64,000 bases of DNA, from positions 8,728 through 72,727 of IMG/VR virus record IMGVR_UViG_3300033121_000376. One strand, 5' to 3'. This document shows positions 55,976 through 64,000 of the stretch, one piece after another. The DNA comes from a virus (lineage: Duplodnaviria > Caudoviricetes). The notes below the pieces were generated by a model. The model had not been told where the DNA came from, did no database searches, and saw only the letters and a program-made list of their open reading frames with translations. The first letter of the stretch is position 1, and every line of letters starts with the position of its first letter. Both the position numbers and the translations under genes were made by a program.

Positions 55976-56924
55976 ATGGGCAAAAGAAATTCCCTACCAA
56001 GTGAAGAAGATTGCTGTTGAAGATGCGTATAAGGCGTTTTCTAACAGCTGTAAGAAATGGAGGAAAACAGGGGAGCCGTTTTCGCTTTCATTCAGATCAG
56101 CGAAAACCCCACGACAATCCTGCTTTATTCCGTCATCTGCAATAAAGCCAGGAGGTATTTATCTGACCATTTTAGGCAAGTTAAAGATGGCTGAAATGAT
56201 CCCCGATGATTTTAGGGATTCGCGTCTTGTCTTTGAACATGGCCGGTATTTCCTGATTGTCCCGTATCGAGTAAAAGTTATGCCGGTTGAGAACCAAGGC
56301 CGCGCAATTGCCCTCGACCCAGGTATCAGGACGTTTCTTACTGGGCATAATCAAGATGAGATGTTTAAAATCGGCGAAGGTGATTTTATGCGTATCGCTC
56401 GCATGGGTCGGAACATGGACAAACTCATCTCGAAAATGAGTAAAGCTAAGTCCCGTCAAAAATACCGTATGAAAAAAGCACTTAGCCGTATGAAATTCGA
56501 AGTATGGGACTTAATAGATGAGCTGCATTACAAGTCTATCCGGTTCCTACTTGACAACTATGATCTGATATTCTTGCCGACTTTCGAAACCAGCGAAATG
56601 GCTGCGAAGTCAACACGAAAGATCAGGTCTAAGACTGTCCGCGCTATGATGGGATTTTCTTTCCATAAGTTCAGTATGCGATTGGAATCCAAAGCGAAAG
56701 AATCTGGCAAAGTGGTTAAACGTGTGAGCGAAGCTTACACTTCCAAGACCGCAAGCTGGACTGGCGAAATCAAGAATCTAGGTGGTGCTAAAACCATCTC
56801 GTCAGGCGGTAAAACCGTAGACCGTGACGGGAACGGAGCGCGCGGAATTTTTATAAAGAGCGTTCGGGAATGTTTTCCTGAACTTTGTGAGATAACACCT
56901 TCTGCAGTGATTGCAGTTGCATAG
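55329..56924 (+). CDS. tnpB: TnpB RNA-guided nuclease (start uncertain: 55329, 55708 or later)
   Basis: KRIRVYPNQQQR HTH; RuvC-I ALDPG; RuvC-II LPTFE; RuvC-III DRDGNGARGI. Confidence 0.9.
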   Translation: MQTMEQFQRSETQQGNGFMTLALTCESKLLPAQSVIAELAVPSNGMTSTDKSNGCKQNSLKRKSLKTLDQVSILKEKDCKPYWDDLCAEISSKCVLFTATDWQGSESTLFDSLSNPTAGNSWFSTRMLKAQKKPSLLPIFSQSFTTSLAECTEAEVIRAKRIRVYPNQQQRMLLKKWLGTSRYVYNETVRHLNQPKEMRQRHWMGAAKIILSTLPEWAKEIPYQVKKIAVEDAYKAFSNSCKKWRKTGEPFSLSFRSAKTPRQSCFIPSSAIKPGGIYLTILGKLKMAEMIPDDFRDSRLVFEHGRYFLIVPYRVKVMPVENQGRAIALDPGIRTFLTGHNQDEMFKIGEGDFMRIARMGRNMDKLISKMSKAKSRQKYRMKKALSRMKFEVWDLIDELHYKSIRFLLDNYDLIFLPTFETSEMAAKSTRKIRSKTVRAMMGFSFHKFSMRLESKAKESGKVVKRVSEAYTSKTASWTGEIKNLGGAKTISSGGKTVDRDGNGARGIFIKSVRECFPELCEITPSAVIAVA

Positions 56925-57074
56925 GTTAGCAAATGGTAACAAATGTTAACTTAAATTTATCGGAAAATCTAACAAGATTGATGAAGAAAGAACGCGCGAT
57001 GACTATTAAAAACAGCACTTTTTTGAACAATAGTCTGTGGATAATATACAATCTCTCTTATACGGAGGCGGCAC

Positions 57075-57275
57075 ATGGCTACGAACGACTACAATGAATT
57101 CGACTACCTTGAACTGTACGATCATGCAACAGGTGGTGTAGAGGAAGCATATCCAGTCTATGAATTTGGTGGAGGAAGAAAGGTTTTCATGTCAAACTAT
57201 CAGGGAGAGGGCATCTACGGTAAACCGTTCCCGCATGCGCCTGATCCAGAATTAGCAACCAACACAAACCCCTAA
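57075..57275 (+). CDS. hypothetical protein
   Basis: 66-aa ORF with GGAGG RBS. Confidence 0.6.
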   Translation: MATNDYNEFDYLELYDHATGGVEEAYPVYEFGGGRKVFMSNYQGEGIYGKPFPHAPDPELATNTNP

Positions 57276-57279
57276 ACAC

Positions 57280-57714
57280 ATGGCTACACTTGAGAATATT
57301 AGAAACAGCACACTCATAACAGACACAGCGGAAGAGAAAGCTCTCGCTATACAGGCTTTAACAGTTCTTCGTAAACACTACCCTGGTTACAAATGGGGTG
57401 TAGAGTTTACACGCGCAACAGACTATTCTATTGGCAGCATGTTAATAAACATCGTAGACATCCCAACAGAGGTTAAGTATCTTATAAATCCAAAAGATCT
57501 TGACAGAGTAGAGATGAAATCCGTGATGCGCGGTGGTGGTCTGCTTTTAGAAGCGTTAGGATTATCCCCTCGTGGAGCCAGAGACACTGACGACGTAAGG
57601 TCTTTGATAAACACGCCTAATGGACTGATCCTGCCGGATGTGGATGCGGTGCCCGATAACAACCCTGGATATGAGAGAATAAAAGCTCAACGCAATCAAT
57701 TTAACGGGATGTAA
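57280..57714 (+). CDS. hypothetical protein
   Basis: 144-aa ORF directly before the portal gene. Confidence 0.7.
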   Translation: MATLENIRNSTLITDTAEEKALAIQALTVLRKHYPGYKWGVEFTRATDYSIGSMLINIVDIPTEVKYLINPKDLDRVEMKSVMRGGGLLLEALGLSPRGARDTDDVRSLINTPNGLILPDVDAVPDNNPGYERIKAQRNQFNGM

Positions 57715-57715
57715 A

Positions 57716-59983
57716 ATGCCTATTACTACAGATCCGCAAGCGCCGTTAGAAGGCGCAGACTATAGACCGGCGAGGGGTTATCAGACCCCTGTCAAAAATT
57801 CAGTTGATGGAATGGGGGCTATCAACGTCAATTCAGTTGTGACACCGGCGCAGAGCAGAGATCAACAGTACTGGGTGACAATTGCTAGAAACGCCTATGA
57901 TTCAAGCGAGACATGGCTGCAAGCCTATCAAAGACATATCTGGAATCGGAATTTAGCACATTTCAGATCCGATCACGCTCCAGGCTCACCGATCACACTC
58001 GAAGGCAACAAGCACCGATCAAACTACTTTTTCCCTAAAACAAGAACGCTTGTAAGGGACATCCAGGCCGCCGCCGCCGCCGCATATTTCTCTAACATGG
58101 ACGTGGTGTCCATAGAAGCTGTTGATCAAGATAGTGTCATGCAGGTTAACGCTGCAAGCTTTATGAAAGAGCTTTTAAACTATCGGCTATCCAATACAAT
58201 ACGATGGTATCAGACCATTTTAGGAGGGGTTTCTGAAGCCTCTGTAATGGGTGTCGTCGTATCAAGGCAATCGTGGGAATACGACTATGAAGATGAAGTC
58301 ATCGAGCGTGTTGACGGTATGGAGTACTACAAGACACGAGTCATAAAAGACGAACCTAAAGTAAGACTCATACCCACAGAGAATATTAGAATATCACCTG
58401 CAGCCGATTGGATAGATCCTGCCAACTCATCTCCCTACATCGTCGAACTCATCCCAATGTTTCTAGGAGATGTTCTGGATCGAATGGAGAAAGGGGGTGA
58501 TGCGAAAAGTGGAGAACCTGCTTGGAAACGCATCCCGGCGAACGGACTGTTATCTGCAGGGAATAGAGATAACATAGACCCAACAAGACGTGCTAGATCG
58601 GGCAAAGTAGACCCTAAAGCGAACATTACCGAAGTCGACAACCGATTCCGAATTGTCTGGATACATAGAAACATAGCGCGTGTTGGGGGTAAGGATTGGC
58701 TTTTCTACACGGTCGGCACTCAGATTTTACTGTCAGATCCCGTATTACTGAGTTCAGCTATCCCTTGGGCCGACGGTAACAGAGACTATGTTATCGGGTG
58801 CATTGAAGTAGAGCCTGACAGAGCAGTTCCAGAAAGCCCTGTTGGACTTGTGTCCAACATGCAACGGGCATTGAACGAGCTTAAGAACCAACGATATGAC
58901 AACGTAAGACAAGTCTTGAACAGGAGAATGTTGTATAGATCTGGAGGCCACGTTGATGTAAGGGCGCTTTCAAGAAACACCCCTGGGGGATTGATCGGTG
59001 TTTCTGCAGCGGGTGCACTAGACTCACACGTATCTCCATTGCCGGTCCAAGATGTTACAGCCTCTTCGTTCCAGGAAGAGGATCGAATGAATCTGTCTAT
59101 TGACGATTTATCAGGGTCAACAACAGGCTCTACGGTAAATTCAAATCGCAGAATGCACGAAACAGCCACCGGCATGAACTTGATGGCTGAATCGGGCAAC
59201 AAGATTCGAGAAATGGAGCTTAGGACAATTACAGAAACCTGGATAGAACCCGTACTAAGACAACTCGTGCAACTTATCACTGAGTATGAAACAGACGCTA
59301 CCGCGATGAAAGTTTCTGCTAAAAAAGCGGGGTTGCAAAGAGTTTATAAAGAGTTCTTCTCACAACGTTTCTGCGTATCTGTCAACGTAGGTATGGGGTC
59401 TACAAGCCCAACGCAACGCCTACAGAAGATTCAAACAGCGGTTGCCACAGTAACACAGTTAATACCCGATGCAGCACAGGCACTGAACGGCAAAGAGCTA
59501 GCCAAGGAGATATTCTCACAGGCTGGATACGACAACGGAGACAGATTCTTCAACTTTTCGAAAGTTCAACAGCAGCAAGATCCTGTTATGCAACTCAAGA
59601 TGCAAGAACTTGAGATTAAAAGCCAGATAGAACAGGGTAAACTTGAAGTTGCTATGATGAAACTGCAACTTGAGAAAGACAGACAATCCCTGGAACTGGA
59701 AGAAATAAGACAGAACATAAAACTGCTTATCGCTAAAACAACTTCGCAAAACGTTACAGGGGTATACGAAGCTGCAAATACAGCAGCGGTGATTGCGCAG
59801 AACCCTGGACTCGCGCCTTCAACAGACGAGATTCTAAAGTCATCTGGATTTGTGGATCACAATGGGGCACCAACGGTTATACAACCTCCGGTAGCACCTA
59901 CAGAACCACTTCCGCAAAACTCTCATCCTAATTTCCCACCTAATCCAGATGTGGGAATAGCTGCAGGAATTAATCAACTATGA
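57716..59983 (+). CDS. portal protein
   Basis: 755 aa; follows TerL, precedes scaffold and MCP; QRALNELKNQRYDNV, ETATG, C-terminal Q-rich coiled coil. Confidence 0.85.
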   Translation: MPITTDPQAPLEGADYRPARGYQTPVKNSVDGMGAINVNSVVTPAQSRDQQYWVTIARNAYDSSETWLQAYQRHIWNRNLAHFRSDHAPGSPITLEGNKHRSNYFFPKTRTLVRDIQAAAAAAYFSNMDVVSIEAVDQDSVMQVNAASFMKELLNYRLSNTIRWYQTILGGVSEASVMGVVVSRQSWEYDYEDEVIERVDGMEYYKTRVIKDEPKVRLIPTENIRISPAADWIDPANSSPYIVELIPMFLGDVLDRMEKGGDAKSGEPAWKRIPANGLLSAGNRDNIDPTRRARSGKVDPKANITEVDNRFRIVWIHRNIARVGGKDWLFYTVGTQILLSDPVLLSSAIPWADGNRDYVIGCIEVEPDRAVPESPVGLVSNMQRALNELKNQRYDNVRQVLNRRMLYRSGGHVDVRALSRNTPGGLIGVSAAGALDSHVSPLPVQDVTASSFQEEDRMNLSIDDLSGSTTGSTVNSNRRMHETATGMNLMAESGNKIREMELRTITETWIEPVLRQLVQLITEYETDATAMKVSAKKAGLQRVYKEFFSQRFCVSVNVGMGSTSPTQRLQKIQTAVATVTQLIPDAAQALNGKELAKEIFSQAGYDNGDRFFNFSKVQQQQDPVMQLKMQELEIKSQIEQGKLEVAMMKLQLEKDRQSLELEEIRQNIKLLIAKTTSQNVTGVYEAANTAAVIAQNPGLAPSTDEILKSSGFVDHNGAPTVIQPPVAPTEPLPQNSHPNFPPNPDVGIAAGINQL

Positions 59984-60330
59984 CAGATACAGCAGGCGTG
60001 TACGCCTCAGACCCAATGATGCAACAAGTGCAGCTTGGAGTTAATGTAGAACACTTCATAACGCAAGACCCGGTAGGACGATACCTCGTCGAGAGGGCTA
60101 AACAGAGTAGAGAAGCTGCGTTGGAAAGACTGGCAAGCGTAGATCCGACAAACGCACGATCAATCTCCGCGCTACAATATGAAGCTAAGATACCCGAGCT
60201 GTTTTTACACTGGCTCGACGAGGCTTTGGCAAACGCAGAAGCCGCAGAGGAGCAGATCCGAGCCGAAGACTTGGCTGCACAACATTATGGGGATGGGAAT
60301 TTTCCGTTCGATTATTTAACCGTTTCTTGA
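59980..60330 (+). CDS. hypothetical protein (head module)
   Basis: 116-aa helical ORF overlapping the portal stop. Confidence 0.7.
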   Translation: MTDTAGVYASDPMMQQVQLGVNVEHFITQDPVGRYLVERAKQSREAALERLASVDPTNARSISALQYEAKIPELFLHWLDEALANAEAAEEQIRAEDLAAQHYGDGNFPFDYLTVS

Positions 60331-60412
60331 CATGCTATACTTAATTTAGTATCAATGTGGTAGACGATACTAACGTGTCGAGAGATGCAAGTACCTAAAG
60401 GGGATAACTGAC

Positions 60413-61684
60413 ATGGCTGAAAATACTGCCGATGGTCAAGAAGAAAAAGATAAGACGGTTGAAGAACCGACCCGTGACTTTTCTAAAGATCAAAACGCTC
60501 AAAAACGTTTAAAAGCGGGAAGACGAAGCTCGCAAAGAAACGCAGGTAAACAAATAGATTCAGAGGATAGCCCTGGCAAAGCTGAATCGTCTGAGATGCC
60601 TAAAGAGAACCCTGTAGCTGCAGCACAGGATAAAGCGGATATTCAAGCGGATATTCAAGGGTTCGAAGAGGGCGGTGAAGTGTCTAAAGAGGAAGAGCAA
60701 ACTCCTACTCCACCACCACCAGCTAATCCAAATCAAGGATCTGGAGATCCTGATATTGATGCGATAACCGCACAGATCAAAGGCTCTAATTACAATTCTG
60801 AGGCTATTAAAAAAGCATCTGGTAAGTTGGGCAGCATTCTTGGATTTGAAGAGGGCGGAGAGGTTCCAGACGAAGGAATCATGGCTGAACCGCCTGCAGA
60901 ACTTACCGGCGAGAACGAGGGTGGCGGGATCGTAGAAGCTGCGGCTCACGAAAAAGAAGAAATTCTGGAAACGCCTACTGACGAGCAAAACGAATCTCCT
61001 ACCGAGCAAGAGCAGGAAATGGCCAAAGGTCAAGAAATGCACATGCCAAACGGTCAGGACATTGCTGAATACACTGCGCCAGAAGGCGACGCGCATGAGG
61101 ATTTGATCGACGCCTATCACGACGCGATCATGTATGGAAACATGGAAGAGGCCAAAAAACTCTACAGACAGCTTCAAAACCACCGGTATGCGGAAAATGC
61201 GCACCGCACAAAACTGGATGGTAGAGCCGTGCAGGAAGAGAACGATTACCTCGTCGCAGCCGAAGAATTGGCAGCAGCACATCCAGAGCTAGGGGAAGAC
61301 GGTTTGCCTGCACAAAAAGTTTTAGCGATTGCGGATATTTACAGAAATAACGGCATGAGTCCGGCGCAAGCCTTAAGACAAGCCGTTGCAGATCTATATC
61401 CCGATAACGCTAAAGCTCCGATGGCAGAACCTGCACCTGTGCAAAAACCTGCCGAGGAAATTGTGGAACCTGCTCCTGAAGCCGCAGCTCCTGAAGCCGC
61501 AGCTCCTGAAGAAGTTCCAACGGAGGTGGAAGTTCCAGATATGGAGGATCGAAACGTAAAAAAACGTGAAATCCCATCTACACCCGCGTCTGCGTCGGCT
61601 AAAGAAATGCCACCAGAGCCTCCAAAAACGCCTAACAGAAGTGATGCCATCACTGAAATGAAGCGTAAAAGAGGGCAAGCTTAG
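60413..61684 (+). CDS. scaffolding protein (putative)
   Basis: very acidic, Pro-rich, with a basic C-terminal tail; immediately upstream of the MCP. Confidence 0.7.
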   Translation: MAENTADGQEEKDKTVEEPTRDFSKDQNAQKRLKAGRRSSQRNAGKQIDSEDSPGKAESSEMPKENPVAAAQDKADIQADIQGFEEGGEVSKEEEQTPTPPPPANPNQGSGDPDIDAITAQIKGSNYNSEAIKKASGKLGSILGFEEGGEVPDEGIMAEPPAELTGENEGGGIVEAAAHEKEEILETPTDEQNESPTEQEQEMAKGQEMHMPNGQDIAEYTAPEGDAHEDLIDAYHDAIMYGNMEEAKKLYRQLQNHRYAENAHRTKLDGRAVQEENDYLVAAEELAAAHPELGEDGLPAQKVLAIADIYRNNGMSPAQALRQAVADLYPDNAKAPMAEPAPVQKPAEEIVEPAPEAAAPEAAAPEEVPTEVEVPDMEDRNVKKREIPSTPASASAKEMPPEPPKTPNRSDAITEMKRKRGQA

Positions 61685-61746
61685 TATTTAACTTGTCGAG
61701 AGACATTTGATTTGTCGAGAGACATTAATTTAGAAGGTATAAAATT

Positions 61747-62754
61747 ATGAGTGGTCAAGTTTGGGCTGTTGCTGATGAAGGCGGGTATATGTGGGCTCCG
61801 AATCTTTCGGAATATTTACGCCTGCAAAATCTTCCAATTGTTAAATTTCGTCAGCTTTGTGATGTAAAAGAAAATGATGCCGACGGCAAACCGTTGGTTG
61901 GTAAAGGTCGTGGCGAGAAGTGGTACTGGAACGTCTATTCAAAACTGTCTAACAAAGGCCGTGCGATTGACGAGACAGAACGCATGCCTGAGTCTGGCTT
62001 TAAGGTCACTCAAATGTTCGGAACAATTACCGAGTTTGGACAAGCGGTTCCATACACCGGTAAGTTGGATGACCTGTCAGAACAACCTGTTAAAGAAATC
62101 ATCAACAAACTGTTAAAAATCGACGTTGCAGAAGCGTTCGACGTTGCAGCTTTTGCTGAATTTAACAAAACACCGTTAAGAGTCTCTCCTACGTCCGGTA
62201 CGTCAACAACGTCTGTAGATTGGACAGTTAACGGCGTAGCGAATACTACTAACAACGTAGCTTTCGGTAAAGGGCATGTAGAACCAATTGTGACCCAAAT
62301 GAAAGAACGCGGTATTCCAGCCTATGAAAATGGCGATTACCTTGCGATTTCACGTCCGTTTGCACTAATCCAATTGAAATCAGATTTGGAAAGTATCCAG
62401 CAGTACTCTGAAACCGGGTTGGTCATGTTGAAAAATGGTGAAGTTGGTCGATACAGAGGTGTTCGATTCATTGAGCAGACACACATCCCTCAAGGTGGTG
62501 CCAACGACTCAACTACGTTCAACGCGCAAACAGGTACTGCCGATGTTTGGAACAACGCAAAATCCGACTGGATCTTCTTCATGGGTAATGACACCGTGGC
62601 AGAGGGCATCGCTATTCCTGAAGAAATTCGCGGTAAAATTCCAGACGATTACGGTCGAGGTCGCGGCATCGCTTGGTACGCCCTCGAAGGGTTTGGCTTG
62701 AGTCACCCTAACGAAAAAGATGCGCGTATCGTTAAGTGGGACTCCGCTCAGTAA
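61747..62754 (+). CDS. major capsid protein
   Basis: 335 aa after the scaffold; GEVGRYRGVRFIEQT, GIAWYALEGFG (N4-gp56-like family). Confidence 0.88.
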   Translation: MSGQVWAVADEGGYMWAPNLSEYLRLQNLPIVKFRQLCDVKENDADGKPLVGKGRGEKWYWNVYSKLSNKGRAIDETERMPESGFKVTQMFGTITEFGQAVPYTGKLDDLSEQPVKEIINKLLKIDVAEAFDVAAFAEFNKTPLRVSPTSGTSTTSVDWTVNGVANTTNNVAFGKGHVEPIVTQMKERGIPAYENGDYLAISRPFALIQLKSDLESIQQYSETGLVMLKNGEVGRYRGVRFIEQTHIPQGGANDSTTFNAQTGTADVWNNAKSDWIFFMGNDTVAEGIAIPEEIRGKIPDDYGRGRGIAWYALEGFGLSHPNEKDARIVKWDSAQ

Positions 62755-62824
62755 TCGATAGGTTATGAGCATAGTGGCGGCTATCTCCGCCACTTTTTAA
62801 AAAGTTTTTATAAGAGGAACAGAA

Positions 62825-63259
62825 ATGTCTTATAGCAATCCAAAATCCGTAACCTATTCTCGTACTGTCGGTACAACCAATGCTACGTGGGCGGTTACAC
62901 CACCTCCAGGCTGCACACAGTGCCGTGTACAAAGTATTAACGCGTCTGTTACCACCTCGTACAATGCGGTTACGACTTCTGCTAAAGTGCAAGTTGGTGT
63001 AGCTAATAACTTGGCAGTCGGTGGTCAACTCGACCTTGGTACAACCGCAGCGGGTTCCGCCGCCGGTTTTACAGTGAACAAAGGTGTTAACCCACTCATT
63101 CCGTTAATCGATGTATCGGGTGCTGCAGCAGCTTCTACGGTGAATTCCGCGCAAGCAGCTATCGTATCCAACGGACCTGTTTTGATTACGTTCGTAGCCA
63201 ACACAGGTGGCACACCTGCAGGTGCAGGGGTCGTTGATGTGACACTGGATTGGTTCTAA
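62825..63259 (+). CDS. head decoration/cement protein (putative)
   Basis: Ala/Thr/Gly-rich beta-strand protein following the MCP. Confidence 0.6.
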   Translation: MSYSNPKSVTYSRTVGTTNATWAVTPPPGCTQCRVQSINASVTTSYNAVTTSAKVQVGVANNLAVGGQLDLGTTAAGSAAGFTVNKGVNPLIPLIDVSGAAAASTVNSAQAAIVSNGPVLITFVANTGGTPAGAGVVDVTLDWF

Positions 63260-63317
63260 GCGTATAATAGATACGCTACTACCTTTCAAAAAAGCAGCAA
63301 CCAATTAGGAGACTACA

Positions 63318-63539
63318 ATGGCTGACTTCAATCCTGATAAATATCAGAAATTCCAAGGCCACAAAGGCGGAGATTCCGGCACGTCTGCCGGTGTTCAAAG
63401 CGGATTGTCCAGTGTGGAGAAGATTTCGAGAGGATCTTCTGAACCTGAACAACAAGGCCACGGAGTGACGTTCCGTCAAAATCCATCTGAGGAATCAGCG
63501 GGTTCTGACATGGGCAAAAACTTTAAGATCAAGTATTAA
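63318..63539 (+). CDS. hypothetical protein
   Basis: 73-aa ORF with GGAG RBS. Confidence 0.6.
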   Translation: MADFNPDKYQKFQGHKGGDSGTSAGVQSGLSSVEKISRGSSEPEQQGHGVTFRQNPSEESAGSDMGKNFKIKY

Positions 63540-63545
63540 AAAGTT

Positions 63546-63773
63546 ATGAACCTGTCCATAGTAATGACTATTGACGAACAGCCCGATAATAATCGGGCTG
63601 ACTCACATAATCCTTTAACAGAAGGGTATATAGCAGAAGGGTGTGCTTCAGATCCGACCGGATCAGCCTGCTACGACGTGTCTGTAGAGACAAGTTACGG
63701 TGGCGGAAGACGGTTCGAATGGGAAGAAACAAACACCATGACTAAAATACCTTCGAGGCATAGAAATGGCTAA
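63546..63773 (+). CDS. hypothetical protein
   Basis: 75-aa ORF. Confidence 0.5.
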   Translation: MNLSIVMTIDEQPDNNRADSHNPLTEGYIAEGCASDPTGSACYDVSVETSYGGGRRFEWEETNTMTKIPSRHRNG

Positions 63774-64000
63774 AACTATAGATTTTAACAAGCCTTACGC
63801 TACAGTTCACGGAGTTCAGAATAGCGCCGTGTACTCTCAAGAAGGTTCGTATTTCAACGCTTCAGGCAAAGCGATCGACATGGAAACAGGTGATGAAGCT
63901 GAAGAGCTAGAAGTTGAACCTGTTGAACCTGTTGAACCTGTTGAACCTGTTGAACCTGTTGAACCTGTTGAACCTGTTGAACCTGTTGAACCTGTTGAAC
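63766..64000 (+). CDS. hypothetical protein, truncated by the window end, with (VEP)n tract
   Basis: MAKTIDFNKPYATVHG...ELE(VEP)n is open to position 64000. Confidence 0.65.
   Translation, partial: MAKTIDFNKPYATVHGVQNSAVYSQEGSYFNASGKAIDMETGDEAEELEVEPVEPVEPVEPVEPVEPVEPVEPVEPVE
63913..64000. repeat. 9-bp tandem repeat (GTTGAACCT), at least 9.8 copies
   Basis: perfect copies running to the window end. Confidence 0.95.

Larger units (their letters stand above)
55194..56963 (+). mobile_element. IS607 family insertion sequence
   Basis: tnpA plus tnpB; GG at both predicted junctions; CAAATG(C/G/T)T-type short repeats near both ends. Confidence 0.85.

Noticed and set aside
57716-62754. N4-like phage (Schitoviridae) assignment from the capsid and portal type
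   Set aside because: No virion RNA polymerase or N4 RNAP subunits in the window, and the replication module is APSE-like. The rest of the genome is not visible.

Overview
The window is a large part of a tailed dsDNA phage genome. The host is probably a beta- or gamma-proteobacterium, judging from RdgC, HU, a TraR/DksA protein, sigma70-type promoters and an IHF site. The left arm (1-34.4 kb) is mostly on the minus strand. It holds an APSE-like replication module (SNF2 helicase, VRR-NUC, family A DNA polymerase, DUF2815 SSB, DUF2800 nuclease, divergent primase-helicase), dTTP-synthesis genes (dCMP deaminase, DHFR, ThyA) and an early or host-takeover region. A ~2.1 kb non-coding, repeat-rich divergence region follows. 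The right arm (36.5-64 kb, plus strand) carries orphan genes, TerS, Ro60/TROVE, a GH19 lysin, tail-fibre genes, TerL, an IS607 element, portal, scaffold and major capsid protein. The main finding is at 20521-23221: a nuclease-less Nop/IS110-related protein (TasA-like) directly downstream of a ~36-unit array with 36-nt period and alternating 9-nt repeats and 9-nt spacers. This has the hallmarks of a TIGR-Tas RNA-guided system. The array is split by a small cargo ORF and sits in one apparent operon with TraR, a PRS-like + NAMPT-like pair (NARP1 candidate) and DUF932. Other notable items are three tandem Y-RNA-like hairpins upstream of the phage Ro60 gene, an IS607 TnpB with a Fanzor-type rearranged RuvC, two apparent pseudo-enzymes (HD hydrolase, DNA methyltransferase), duplicated pentapeptide-repeat genes and an amidoligase/glutamine amidotransferase pair. 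All family calls come from motif recognition by eye; no searches were run.
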